A stretch of 37,468 nucleotides of DNA from Neophaeotheca triangularis (Eukaryota): the NCBI GenBank assembly GCA_054600435.1, contig BAAIJX010000052.1:124001-161468 (forward strand), given 5' to 3'. Shown here in pieces: positions 20,359 through 32,302 of the stretch. Numbering within the stretch: the stretch's first letter is position 1; each line of letters begins with the position of its first letter. The position numbers and the translations under genes were made by a program. Under the pieces are notes generated by a model, which was not told the DNA's origin, searched no databases, and saw only the letters and a list, made by a program, of their open reading frames with translations.

Positions 20359-20693
20359 AGGAATGGCGGTGCTTGCGAGTTTGTTTGGGGTGGTTGGTTG
20401 TGTAGTAAGGACCGTCGTAGAAGGGCGTGTGTCTGCTACGAGAAGCCTGCGTGCGGGCTTTGGTGATGTTCAGGCTGGAGGACTGAGGTCTTGGACGGGC
20501 GGGACGTCGAGAGTGTCTGTTGTTGCTTTGCAATGTACAAGGGTATCGTTGGGGAATGTATATAGGAAAAACAAACAAAAGAACAAAAGCAGTCGCCTGG
20601 CCACGGGACAAAAGCTTCAAGACAACAAGAGCGCTCACGCACACCGTTCTCCGCCCACCATTCCCCACCACACTCCAAGCACCCCTCCCTTCC

Positions 20694-23126
20694 TCAATCC
20701 TCCCCAACCTCGTGCTCAAAAACCAAATCCACCTGCTTGACTGGGTGCAAAAGCATAGCCGGTAAGCACATCCTACCCTCCCCCATAGCCTCCCCCTCAG
20801 CCCCACTCCCTCCAACCCCCAACTCCCACTCCTCACCCCCATCGTTATCAACCTTGTACCCCAACCAGCGCTTCCACAAATTCGCCGCAAAACCGGCATG
20901 ATAATACCAAGTCGTACCGAGGAAGTTATGCTGGCGTTCGTCGCTGAAGACGCTGGTGCGAGCGCCGCCGGATGCGCCGTTGCGGCCGTTGTTGAAGACG
21001 GCGGCGAGGTACGAGGTCGGCCAGGCGCGGTCGATGTAGACGGGGTGCGGGGCGTAGACGGCTTTGTAGCCGTGGTGGAGCGCGCAGGACCCGGGCCACA
21101 TTTCGCTGAACATGGTGTGCCGGTCGAAGGTTGTTTCGGCGTGCATGGTTGTGAGCAGGCGGCGGGAGAGGCGAGAGGCGGTAATGATGGCGGTGCGGCG
21201 GGGTGGGTAGGTTGGGTTGGTGTTGTAGCCTGTGACGTCTTCGGCGAGGATCCAGTTGGTGCCTGAGGGGTCGAAGAGCGGGTTAAAGGTTATGAAGTCG
21301 GCTTCTTCGCCCACGCCCCAGGTGTAGGTGTCTTTGTCGTAGGAGGATGGGGGTTGGGGGTCGGCGTCTGGGTTGGCGGTATGGTCGTTTTCGTTGGTTG
21401 GGGGGAGAGGGCCCCAGATTGGTTGTTCGCTACGGCGGGAGTCGGAGGTGGAGAGCGGGTCGGTGGTTTTGTCGTCGGAGCCGAGCGCACCGTGGTACAT
21501 GTTCTGCTTGTTGCTGGTCCCGGAGTCGATTTGAACGCGCACAAGTTGGCGGAAGTCTTCCCACGTGCCATGTTCGGCTGGCACGTAAAAGCGACTGTTG
21601 CGCTCCCATAGGCCTTTGCGGGGTTGTTGTCTTGCCCATTCGCTAACGCGATTGAAGAGGTGGTAGAAGTGGCCCGTGTAGCGGACGTCCATCTCCCACT
21701 GCCAGAAGAAGTCATACTCCGGGTGCATGTGTGCAAAGTACTGGACGGGCATGTAAGTGCTTCGGTAAGCTCCGTGGACGGGGAGGTCGCGGTAGAAATG
21801 CTCATCTACACCTCCGTAGATTAGTCCCATTTGCCGTTCCGACCAGAGAGTACCCATTCCTCTAAATTCTCGCGGTAGTACGTCGTTGAGGGTTCGTTGA
21901 TACACATCCTCATCGGCCCAGATCTGGAGATTGTCGTCCTTGACGTGAACGAGGAAATGTACAGTATACTCTCCCCCTGATTGGAGTGCGAGCTCGGACA
22001 TCAAAGCTCGTAGATATATTATGTCTTCTTTGTCGTACTTGTAGTCGGACATTGTTCGAATAATGACAGCAGTTCTCGGAAGCAACGGCTTGCCCGTGGG
22101 TCCTTTGGTCTTCTTTTCCTCGTCAATTTTCTCGTCAGACGACTCGGCAGCCGGACCACCCGATCGCATAGGGGTGAAGAAGTGGTTCGCCTTTTTCTCC
22201 GGGATCTCCAGGAAACGATGAGCGTTTGCTTCCATGCACGCCTCCTGTGCAGGACCCCATTCAACCTTTCTATAGTCAATCTCCAACTCGCCGTCCCAGA
22301 CAGCTTCAACACCCTCCCTATCGCCTTCCATGCCCGCGCCTGTGCCGCCAAACTTACTACTGTACCCAAACCCATACGGGCCCAAGCGTCCATGTCGTTC
22401 AAAGCAAACATCATTTCTCAGCCCAAACAGCTCATGACTGCCCATGACCGGCTCAGGAAAGCCTTTCGTAACGCCAGGGTATACCAACAGCTGCGGAATC
22501 TCCAGCTTCGTCTCATTATTCAAATAACACTTCACCCTAGGCTCAAACTCAGCATCCCATTCCCTTGCGTAGGGATCGAACCGCTCCGGCTGCGGCAAAT
22601 CCCTCTTCCCGAACCCTTTAGCATTGTCGTGAGGATCGACCTTGTCATCTTGCGCCGCTTTTCGCAGCATAGCCTCATTCAACAACGCCTGCAAAGCCTC
22701 GTCATCCCCCACGGGATATTCTGGGACATTCTCCTCCTTCTTCACCAAAGTCTTGATCCCTCCATGGTATCGCTTGAGAAATGGGAACGATTCCCACGCC
22801 GGCGGAGGTGGGGGTTTCTTTTTCAAGCCCAAACGTACCTCAGCTTGTGACGTCCAGGAAGCGTGGAAGAGGTAGTAGATGAAGAAGACGAGAACGGCGG
22901 CGATGATGAGGGTAAAGTAGCGACTGAAGCGCCGACGGGGGAGGTGGTAGGAGTAGGCAGGTCTTCGCGGTGGTCCGTTGCCGAGCATAGGGGCATAGGA
23001 GGAGGAGGAGACGAGGTCCGGGGCATCGGCTTCATCATCGTATTCATTACTGTTACGTTGTTTCTTTTCGCTGTTGCTGCTGTCTACGATGGCTCCGGAG
23101 AGGGAGCGGTATCTCCCGCTTGCCAT
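20694..23126 (-). CDS. DUF3405-family fungal type II membrane protein, ~810 aa, single exon
   Basis: Likely ATG at 23126 (MASGRYRS). One TM helix YFTLIIAAVLVFFIYYLF after a basic stretch. Family motifs RLGPYG, RTAVIIR, YDFFWQWEMDVRYTGH, QPRKGLWERNSRFY, SRLSRRLL and MLLHPVK. Confidence 0.85.
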   Translation of the reverse strand: MASGRYRSLSGAIVDSSNSEKKQRNSNEYDDEADAPDLVSSSSYAPMLGNGPPRRPAYSYHLPRRRFSRYFTLIIAAVLVFFIYYLFHASWTSQAEVRLGLKKKPPPPPAWESFPFLKRYHGGIKTLVKKEENVPEYPVGDDEALQALLNEAMLRKAAQDDKVDPHDNAKGFGKRDLPQPERFDPYAREWDAEFEPRVKCYLNNETKLEIPQLLVYPGVTKGFPEPVMGSHELFGLRNDVCFERHGRLGPYGFGYSSKFGGTGAGMEGDREGVEAVWDGELEIDYRKVEWGPAQEACMEANAHRFLEIPEKKANHFFTPMRSGGPAAESSDEKIDEEKKTKGPTGKPLLPRTAVIIRTMSDYKYDKEDIIYLRALMSELALQSGGEYTVHFLVHVKDDNLQIWADEDVYQRTLNDVLPREFRGMGTLWSERQMGLIYGGVDEHFYRDLPVHGAYRSTYMPVQYFAHMHPEYDFFWQWEMDVRYTGHFYHLFNRVSEWARQQPRKGLWERNSRFYVPAEHGTWEDFRQLVRVQIDSGTSNKQNMYHGALGSDDKTTDPLSTSDSRRSEQPIWGPLPPTNENDHTANPDADPQPPSSYDKDTYTWGVGEEADFITFNPLFDPSGTNWILAEDVTGYNTNPTYPPRRTAIITASRLSRRLLTTMHAETTFDRHTMFSEMWPGSCALHHGYKAVYAPHPVYIDRAWPTSYLAAVFNNGRNGASGGARTSVFSDERQHNFLGTTWYYHAGFAANLWKRWLGYKVDNDGGEEWELGVGGSGAEGEAMGEGRMCLPAMLLHPVKQVDLVFEHEVGED

Positions 23127-24230
23127 TTGGGGATGGTTGTGGATTAAGGCGATGCTATTGGGATATCGAAAGCATGCTTCTGTTGCGATGCAGGCTAAGC
23201 AATCAATCAATGAAGACGGCTCGGCAGGCAGCGCCGTTTGCTCTCTCGGCGGGTTGTGGAGTGTCGACGTCGAACAGGGAGAAAGTGTCCCTACTGCTCT
23301 CGAAGGAAGCAATCGTACATGTTCAGAGATTCGAATATACTTCTTTGTACCTGGGTAGTAAACAGAACGCGAGAGCACGTGATTGGCGATAAGGAGATTA
23401 GGTGATAATAACTAATGGGAGGAATTCCATGGATGGAAAGCCAATGCCCAGATGCCAAGACGGGAGAGGTCGGGCAGGTCGGGGCGGATGCGGCGACGCA
23501 GGCAGGAGAGGAAGGAAGTACACCTAAGTGTAGGTACCTAAGTTAGGTTGTCACTACTTACTACTACTACTAACGTACAGTATCTATCTACCTGTACCTA
23601 GGTATGGACCAACGCCGTCGCTACTAGTATTATTCCGTCGCGGTCCAGGTCTCGTCTCTTCCTCTCCTTCCTTCGCCTCCGCCTGCCTGTCTCTGCTACT
23701 GCTAGCCTACAGTAGTACTACTGAGTACTACTACTGGCACTGCCGCTAGCTAGCTGCGTGCACCGACCGCCTGTCCAACAGTCTTGGCCAAGGTCCTCCC
23801 CCAGCCAGAATTGACCCTTTCCACCCTCTGCTCCACCACCGGTCCACCACCACCACCACCACCACCGCCGCCCTTCTACACTTCACCTCCCTCCAACGTA
23901 TTAGCAATACACACCAAAACACCGAGGTACCTCTCTTCCGCGCCCATAACTCACGCCATTCCTCTCTTGCCCGCCCCGATACCGTATTCCTCCTCCAACA
24001 GCTGGTCGTTACACCACTCTCCCACTTTAACTGCTCGATCCCACCTGCCGCGTTTGCTGGAAATCGCCCTGTGCAACTCTTACTTTCACAGCCACCCGCG
24101 CTCCCCCTTCAGGACCTCACTCCGCCAGCTCGGCCTCCACTCTTCCCGACTCACCTCCGCCTGCTTTTGACCGCGTCTCTACCTCCCGCCGGCAGCAGCT
24201 CGGTGGCCCTCGGCGGGCATCAACATTACC

Positions 24231-25778
24231 ATGGCCAGCAGCAGTAGTAATGTTGTCGGCGTCCACTACCGCGTCGGCAAGAAGATTGGAGAAGGCAGCT
24301 TCGGCGTCATCTTTGAGGGCACCAACCTGCTCAACAACACCCAAGTCGCCATCAAGTTTGAGCCGCGCAAAAGTGACGCGCCGCAACTGAGAGATGAGTA
24401 CCGCACTTACAAGATACTCGTCGGATGTCGTGAGTCTCCATTCTCTCGCTCCCCAGATTCCCCTCTTCACGAACACGACCCTGTAGAGTCGATCGCTCTC
24501 ATGTCCCTTTTGACGCGTCCCGAAAGTGGTACTGACTTTGTAGCAGCCGGTATACCCAATGTCTACTACTTTGGTCAAGAAGGCCTACACAACATCCTCG
24601 TCATCGATCTCCTCGGCCCCTCTCTAGAAGACCTCTTCGACCATTGCAACCGCCGCTTCTCAACAAAGACTGTAGTCATGGTAGCAAAACAAATGCTTTC
24701 AAGAGTACAAACCATCCACGAAAAGAACCTGATCTACCGCGATATCAAGCCCGACAACTTCCTCATCGGCCGACCCGGCAGCAAGGCGCAAAATGTGATA
24801 CACGTGGTTGACTTTGGCATGGCGAAGCAATACCGAGATCCCAAAACCAAACAGCACATTCCATACCGAGAACGCAAATCCTTATCAGGCACAGCTCGAT
24901 ACATGTCAATCAACACGCATTTGGGAAGGGAGCAGAGCAGAAGAGACGATCTCGAAGCGTTAGGACATGTCTTTATGTACTTCCTCAGAGGCGGCCTGCC
25001 ATGGCAAGGTTTAAAGGCGGCGACGAATAAGCAAAAGTATGAGAAAATTGGCGAGAAGAAGCAGTCTACGGCCATCAAGGACCTCTGCGACGGCTTCCCC
25101 CCTGAATTCATCGAGTACCTCAAGTACGTCCGCAATCTTGGCTTCGAGGACACACCCGACTACGACTTCCTGCGCGGTCTCTTCACCACCGCTCTTACAA
25201 ACACCGGCGAGGTAGAGGACGGCGAGTATGATTGGATGAAGCTCAACAACGGCAAGGGCTGGGACGTGCCACGACACCCTTCCCAGCAAGCTCACCCAGG
25301 ACAGACTACCAAGGAACTCCACGGCGCCAACGCAGCACATCGAGCAAGCAAGACGCCCGTTACCGGTGAGCGCCTCAATGCCGAGCTGCCCAAACCCGGC
25401 GCCGCCCGCAACCCTCAACTGAGCAATGTCCGCCAACAGGGACGAAGAGGTCACGACAGCCAGGAGTTTGCAAAAAGGCGGAGTCAGGGCCAGATGGAGG
25501 CGCCGGAGGGTAGTACAGCGGCGCAATTCGCCAACAGCACGCCCAACCTCCCCGGGCGGTTGAGCACTCAAGGTCAACCACCGGCCAGTCGACAGCAGAG
25601 TGGAGGACAAACGCAACAAACTCAGCAATCGCAGCAAGCTCGAGCTCAGCAACAGCAACAGTCTCAAACGCAGCAGCAGCAACAACAACAGCAGCAGCAG
25701 CAACAGCAAACTCAGCAGCAAAGTGAACACAAGCCAACGTTTATGCAGAAAGTTTTGAATGTGCTTTGTTGTGGCTAG
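24231..25778 (+). CDS. Casein kinase I, membrane-anchored YCK1/YCK2/Cki-type, 2 exons, ~476 aa
   Basis: [42 protein letters not shown] and EQSRRDDLE motifs. Intron 24430-24546 restores [16 protein letters not shown]. Poly-Q tail and C-terminal CCG palmitoylation motif. Confidence 0.96.
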   Translation: MASSSSNVVGVHYRVGKKIGEGSFGVIFEGTNLLNNTQVAIKFEPRKSDAPQLRDEYRTYKILVGCRESPFSRSPDSPLHEHDPVESIALMSLLTRPESGTDFVAAGIPNVYYFGQEGLHNILVIDLLGPSLEDLFDHCNRRFSTKTVVMVAKQMLSRVQTIHEKNLIYRDIKPDNFLIGRPGSKAQNVIHVVDFGMAKQYRDPKTKQHIPYRERKSLSGTARYMSINTHLGREQSRRDDLEALGHVFMYFLRGGLPWQGLKAATNKQKYEKIGEKKQSTAIKDLCDGFPPEFIEYLKYVRNLGFEDTPDYDFLRGLFTTALTNTGEVEDGEYDWMKLNNGKGWDVPRHPSQQAHPGQTTKELHGANAAHRASKTPVTGERLNAELPKPGAARNPQLSNVRQQGRRGHDSQEFAKRRSQGQMEAPEGSTAAQFANSTPNLPGRLSTQGQPPASRQQSGGQTQQTQQSQQARAQQQQQSQTQQQQQQQQQQQQQTQQQSEHKPTFMQKVLNVLCCG

Positions 25779-27979
25779 GGGCCACGCAGACAGCGGCGGT
25801 GGGAACGCAAACAGGCGAAGCGTGCGTCGAGGCAGGGCGAGAGCAGGTATTGCTGGAGTCGTGGTCGTCGTGCTTGGTGCTGCTGTTGTTCTTGACTTCC
25901 CTTTCTCACTTAGGGTAAATGACAGACACTGTTGCGGCTGTGTCTTTTCTGGACCACACTCGCCGCGATTCGACTTGACTCAACTCGACGCCGCCCGTCC
26001 AAACCACCATTCTCCTCACCCAGCCAACCTCTCCGGTCTTCGGCTTCGACACCGAATTATCCTACCTCACACAAAAAGAAATTAAGCACGACAAGGGCGA
26101 GAGCGAAGGCGCAGTCGGGCGTTTTCACACTTTTTTTTCCTAGAGCAAGCCTTGCCTTTTGCTTTTTGGGCGAGGCGAGCGATGGAGGCTAGACATTTTC
26201 TTCCCAATAAAATAGCCGTCCGTCTAGAAGAGAAAGAGAGAAGGAGCGTGCTCTTTTTGGGGGGGACGCGGTTTCTTGATTCGACGGTTCGGTTGGCATA
26301 TTCTGTACTAATTCTTCCTTTTCCCTTTTTCGAAGATAAGAGTGGAGAGATGCCTTTTTTTTTTTTTTTTTGTAATGGGCATTGCTTTGCATTGTGTTGT
26401 GTTCGCATTGCTGCATTGCACGAGGCTGGCACGAAAGCGATGGCGTTTTGGTCGTTCTCTCTTGCCTGTCTGCGGGCATCTTTTTCTTTTGTGTAGTAGG
26501 GTGTAGGTGGTCGATAGTCAGTTGTGGTGGATACACAGGGCTAGTTACAGTGCGGTTCAGGGGATGGACTAGATGTCATTTTTGCTTGTTGTCACTATCA
26601 CTACTTACACCGTAATACTTTTTTACCCTTCCATCCCCCACTTCTACCCATCTTTCTAACAAACTGGATCCCCCCTTCAGGCCATCCATCTATCTACCAA
26701 GGCCCGGGACAAGTTGTCTTCCCTCGCCTCATCGGCCCTCTCCCGCTATTATACAACACTACTATTCCATTCCATCCCATAGACCTCTCCGCACACCCCC
26801 ATTCGCTCGTCAACCTCGTAGCGCTAGCGCGCCGCCCCCCCCCCCCCCCTCCTTGGGAGAAGAACCCGCTGGCGTCTAAAAGCACACGACTAGATATCTG
26901 CCCACGTCACGGCTCGGCTTAGTCCTTCGTTAGGGGTTGACGCCTTGGCCGACTGGCTAGAAGGAAAAGAAGAAGGACAGAGCAAGCGAGTGAGTGCGTT
27001 CCTCGACGGGAAGCGGTCTCGGTCCTCACTCACGCGTACGGGCATTTGTGTTGGGCTGCGAGGGGTCGGGTCGAGTGGGGAGTGTTTCGAATTGGATGGA
27101 TGGATGGACGGGGTTTATTTCGTTGGGATGGCGGGGATGGGTTTCGGTGCGAGTGCAGTGGAGGAGGAGGAGGAGGGGAGTGCGGTTGTATACGAGCAAG
27201 GGGGAAGATGGGTGCTGGACTCGCTGGCTCTTTTGTCTCTCCGTTGGGCTCTGCTTTGTGAGTTTTTTTCCTGATAGTTTTTCGAGCCCTTGCTCTTTCC
27301 TTTCCTTCTCTTCTCTCCCTCTCCACTTTGAGCTAAATCTCCTCCTCTTCCTCCCCCTCGACTCCCAGTCCGCGGCGAATGCAAGACAGCCAGCCAGCCG
27401 GCAAAGCCATCTAAGACCCTGGGCGAAGATTTCTTCGTGGCTTAGTCGCTAACAACAACAGAAGAAGAAGAAGAAGAAGAACCCAAACCACCCGAATCAA
27501 AAAGCGATCCCCAAACCCGCCTTCCCAAAAAAAAGAAAAGGAAGAAAAAAAAGAAAAAACCCCGAACCCATCAAACCCAGAACCTCACCCATCAATTGCA
27601 ATCCAGCTTCTCACGAGCCCGATCGACCTATAGATAGGCTAACCAATTGCAATCGCTAGTCCCATGAGTAAATAGGAAATTTTAACAAGTTCCCTCTCAG
27701 GGGCTAAGGGGACCCGTCCACGGCACCCGTTCGGAAATCTTTGTAGACGGGGGAGCTAGTTGTATAGGTAGGTAAGTAGGTAGGACGGCAATGACTTGTG
27801 CAAAAAAAAGAAAAGAAAAAAACACCCCTTACCCTAAAGATGAGAGGTGGTGGATGTACCTAGGTATGCATACATGCGGTTTTTGGCTTAGCTTAGGCAG
27901 ACGAGGATTACATGTATATTTGTGAATATGTGTGTATGTGTGTGTGTGTGTATACACGATAGAGACGGCACTTTAATTT

Positions 27980-28175
27980 CACTTTTTTGACCGACGTTTA
28001 TGAATGTAGATGGGTATGTATGTAGATGCCTTACTGTAGCTTAATACACTTGCTTTTCGACCGACGCTTGAATATGTAGATGAGCAGATACACGGCCTAG
28101 CACTTGCTTTTCGACCGACGTTCATACATATAGATAGGTAATGTAGATAGATACCTTACGCGGCTTGATACATTT
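27980..28175. repeat. Degenerate minisatellite, ~3 copies with core CACTTGCTTTTCGACCGACG
   Basis: Core copies end at 27996, 28066 and 28120 (spacings 70 and 54 nt). Downstream GTAGAT..CCTTAC..GCTT.ATACA is shared by copies 1 and 3. Confidence 0.8.
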
Positions 28176-28375
28176 TCTAGGCTCTAAAAGGGGAAATACC
28201 GGCTACAACGTCTATTCCCTTTCCTTTCCCTTCTACCTAGGTATTCTCTTCCCTCCCTCCCTTTCCCTTAGGTTCCCTTCTTTTCCCTTCCCCTTCCTTC
28301 CCTAGGTTCCCTTCCATATTAACCCCACTCGGGTAAAGAATACACTCAAGATAGTACACCAACCCAAACCCTCAA

Positions 28376-28457
28376 CCATCCATCTCCACCGCCATCCATC
28401 TCCACCGCCATCCATCTCCACCGCCATCCATCTCTCCACCCGCCATCCATCTCTACC
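28376..28457. repeat. 16-bp tandem repeat CCATCCATCTCCACCG, ~5 copies
   Basis: Directly visible; later copies are slightly degenerate. Confidence 0.92.
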
Positions 28458-28740
28458 AACCACAAGGCAAGACGGGGAAAAGGGCCTCAACAAACCGCTA
28501 AAAACCGCTCCCGGCCCCTACCCCCTTGTCTCTGCCCATGCCGTGGCCGTGCCATACCATGGCATGCAACGCCATCGAGCCCCAAAACGGAAGAGTAGGC
28601 AGGGCCTATAACTTTTTCCAGTTCTCGTGAAGAACCCACCGAGAGAGAGAGAGAGAATGAAGGAGGAAGACAGAAGAACTCCCAGAACCATGCGTGGCCT
28701 TTTCCTTGTTGGCTGTCTGCCCGCCATGGCTCAATTTTTC

Positions 28741-28917
28741 CCCAGCTACCCAGCCAAGTAGCCAGTTAGCCAGCCTATTCAGCCGATCAGCCAGCCAGCC
28801 AATTCAGCCAGCCTATTCAGCCGATCAGCCAGCCAGCCAATTCAGCCAGCCAATTTAGCCAGCCAATTCAGCCAGCCAATTCAGCCAACTCAGCCAGCCA
28901 ACCAGCCAACCAGCCAA
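28741..28917. repeat. CAGC-based compound tandem repeat (AGCCAGCCAATTC-like units)
   Basis: Repeated CAGCCAGCCAATT and CAGCCTATTCAGCCGAT units. Confidence 0.9.
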
Positions 28918-29739
28918 CACTCAAAACCCACCCCTCCCCCAACCCACACAATACAGCCAAAACCAACGCCAACACCAACGCTCACTCCAGCGCAAGCGCA
29001 AGTAGGCAAGAGCAATGGTAAAGGACAAGGCAAAAGCAAAAGCAGCTCACACGCACACACAAACTTGCCCCCAAACCCCTTTCGCGGAGGGCGGTATCAT
29101 GTCAAGCCCACGACCCGCACGGGAGAAGCCGCCATCGGCATCGGCATCGGCATCGCCATCGCCATCGCCATCGCCACCACCAACCCTCCACCAATCCAAC
29201 CCCGAACCAAAGCGTGAGGGGACAAGGCAAAGACGCCGCAAACCGAACCGCCGCACTCCCACGCGATCGAAAACGGCAGTGGGAGGTCAAAGGCAAAAAC
29301 GTCCAGATCGGTAGGCGAAAGCGGTTCTCAGCGGGGGGAGTTGCGAATCCCCCATACCACCGGCAAAGTGGGCGAGAAAGGCGAAAGGGAGGGGGGAGTG
29401 AAGACGTGGGTGGGGAAAGGGTCCAGACGACAAGTGTCCAGGGACGGGGAACGCGACGGTGTTCACTCGGGTCGATTGGTCGCTTGCAAGAATCTCCAGG
29501 GGAAAGGGGTGGGGCGGCTCGTGTCTAGTAACTCGTTCGTACGCCGGAAAGAGAGGGCTTGATGGATGCGCTCTTGAGATCCCGGGCCGGCTGCTTGGGT
29601 CGTACTCGATATTTTTCGCGGCGTGTTGCGGCTTCGTATTCGGTGCCCTGTGCGGTCATTTTAAAACGGCTGGCGAGGGCATGAGGGAGGGTTTTCCATG
29701 GTAAAGTTGGAGTAAGCTCTGTAGTGTTTTGTGTGGGTT

Positions 29740-31094
29740 TTAATCGACTTCGAGCGTGTTGATGTGTTTCTTGATCATTTCGAAATTGCTAAAGAAAATC
29801 ATGTTGATGAGACAGGAGCGGAGGATGGAGACGCCTAGACCTGTAGACACACAGATACATAAAGTCAGCGTAAATGACCTCGCTGCGTAAGCATTTCTGG
29901 AAAGCTCTTGGGACGTCCTTCCTCCAAGTCCTGTTCCCATTCCTTTCCCCAATGCCGTAATGTCGTTTGTTGTGTTGGTAGAACTCACCTCTATAAGATC
30001 CGATCTGAAAAAAGCGGATATCAGGCCTTACGGCATGGCCGGGACCGGCGGATAGGAGGGCTTTTTGGTAGACGGTTTTGGCAACGTCGACGGGATAGAT
30101 CTGCACATCAACACAAACACCGAGTCAGCCGGTTTTGCTCGTTCCTACTGGCAAAATTCTTGATGGAGATTAGGGAGAAGTGGATACTCACGCAAGCCCA
30201 ACTGACGATACCGCAAAGTCCGCCAGCGACGACAACCGCATACGGGCTCGTCGGACTTCTCCCACGGGCGTTTGCGAGAAGTTGTTTCGCGCTCTCGTAA
30301 GTGGTGAAGTAGATGGCGGTGCCAATTGTGTCTCTGAGTAAATGCAACCTGTAGCCGCAATACAAGCCCGCGATTCCTCTATCCTTGACCAGCTGCTTGG
30401 CAGTGCTCCAGCTCCCGCTCTTGATTTTCTTGGTTTGTGCGGATAGTCCTTCATCGCGAGCCATTTTGCCCGCCAGTTGGGCGTTGAGTTTGGTGAGCTC
30501 GAAGGGGCAGGAGATGGAAGTTATAAGAGCGCCGGCTGTAGCGCCTGCTGCGCCGAAACAGGCCAGCGTAGAAGCTGTAGGGTAGGAGCCGGGGGCATTG
30601 GCGATGACGAGGGGGGATTGCCCTGTGATTTGCGCAATGGAGCGGTCGTAAGCGTATTTGGCGCGTTGGTAGAGGGAGAAGCTGATGGTGCGGACAACGG
30701 TGACGCTGACGAGGGGCGGACCCACTCCCCGCCAGAAAGCTCGCAGGCCTTCAGTTTTATAGGCGTCGATTATGGTTGCGCGAAAGGGGATCTCGTAGCT
30801 CTGCATGCGGGATTTGGCGAAGTCGAGCGGGAAGGCGATGAAGGTTGAGAGGATGGAGGAGCTGCCGGCGGCGATTTCGGTGCGGTATTTGCGGGCGTAG
30901 CGTTTGACAGTGGATGAGGGTTGGAAGGCTAGGATGGAGGAGGGGGAGGGGGGTTTTGGTTGGGAGTTTGTCATTTGGGAGGGAGTGTCGGGGGCTGTGA
31001 TGTCGCCTTGGGGGGTTGTAGTGGGGTTTTGGTTTTGGGGGGAGGATGATGATTGTGTCCGGGGGACATCTTCATCGACTCGGCGCGCGGGCAT
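29740..31094 (-). CDS. Mitochondrial carrier family (SLC25) protein, 3 exons, ~371 aa; substrate not determinable
   Basis: Exons 31094-30192, 30100-29989, 29840-29740. Three PxD/ExxK signatures: PLDFAKSRMQ, PFELTKLNAQ and PVDVAKTVYQ. The start could instead be the downstream Met (MTNSQ). Confidence 0.92.
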
Positions 31095-32302
31095 GCTTGG
31101 TAAGGTGGGGTCCGTGGGGATTGGGGTTGGGAAGACGGCGTGTCTTCAGGGAATTCGATGGAGGTACCGTCTCGGGCGCTCCATGAAGCGCGTTGAGTTA
31201 GGTATGGATGTGGTCTGGTCTGGTCTGGTCTGGTCTGGTCTGCTTGCTGCTGCCGTTCTGTGACTGACTGATGGTTGGCCACCTAGTCGCCTGCTCCCCG
31301 GGTTTGCTCCTTCCGTTGCAAACGAGATGGTGTTTGTGGGACCTTTGCTGTCCGGCGAGATGCTCCGCCACCGAAGCAGCAGATGTAGCTCAAGGTAGGT
31401 AGGTAAGGTAGGTAGGAGTCAGGTAGGAGGTAAGGTAGAGGTAGAGGTAGGTAGTGCTCGACCTCGAGACTCGACCAATGCCGTCAGTGATGAAGCCAAT
31501 CCAATCCAATCCAGCAAGCCAAGCCAAGCGTCGTCCCAATCAACGATTGTTATTCCAACTCTTCAGCAAATACAGTAGATAGAAGACCAAAATCAATCCC
31601 AGGCAGTCGTGGTAGGCGCAGAAGCGAAGTAAAGCGAGTTAAAAGTAGGCAAAGAGCAGAGCAAAAGACGACGAAGTCAATCCAGACTCTGGGCTTGGCC
31701 AAAAGCAGATGCAGCTCTGACGGAGTCAGTCCTCATGCCGTTGTCGTCGTCGTCGGAGCTTACCCAAGCTTCTTCCGATCATCTACCTTACCTTAGCTAC
31801 CTCCTACTGGTTAACTACTCGACTTGCCCCGATTCCACTGGCTGTGGTTGGCTCCGAGGCGCTTTGAACATGACACGGAATGCGGGGGAAGTTGTAACTT
31901 TTGCCCTTGGGCTGGGATGATTGTCACGAGCAGAGCTTCTCAATTACACCTCAAGGCAATACCTACTTACCCACCCATGTGTCGAGCTGCGTACCTCTTT
32001 GCAGCCCGTGTCCAGCTCTCTCGATCACCTGCATTCTTTGGACATTATTGCCGAGGCGGCGACGCGAGTGGCTTGGGCTTTCGTTTCGACAAAGCGCCCC
32101 GAGCATGTGAAGATTAGAGGGTTTCGCAAAGACACAAGACATGGCTCATTACAATGGGGGGTATATAGCAATCAAATTTACAATCCGTCTCACAAGCCTC
32201 GAGTCCCTCTTCCACTCCGCAACCTCGTCCTCGCTGACTTGAGCTCCTCTACTCCCGAAACCCAGACCACAACCCCCCATCAGTCAACACCGACACCCCC
32301 TC

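Noticed and set aside
23127..23378. 84-aa N-terminal extension of the DUF3405 ORF
   Set aside because: Begins at a non-ATG codon and looks like 5' UTR; the first ATG is at 23126.
27980..28120. Repeat-spacer pattern superficially like a CRISPR array
   Set aside because: Eukaryotic context, only three imperfect copies, spacers related to each other and no cas genes.
25759..29704. Numerous short ORFs in the long intergenic region
   Set aside because: They translate microsatellites and homopolymers, with no motifs or consistent splice structure.
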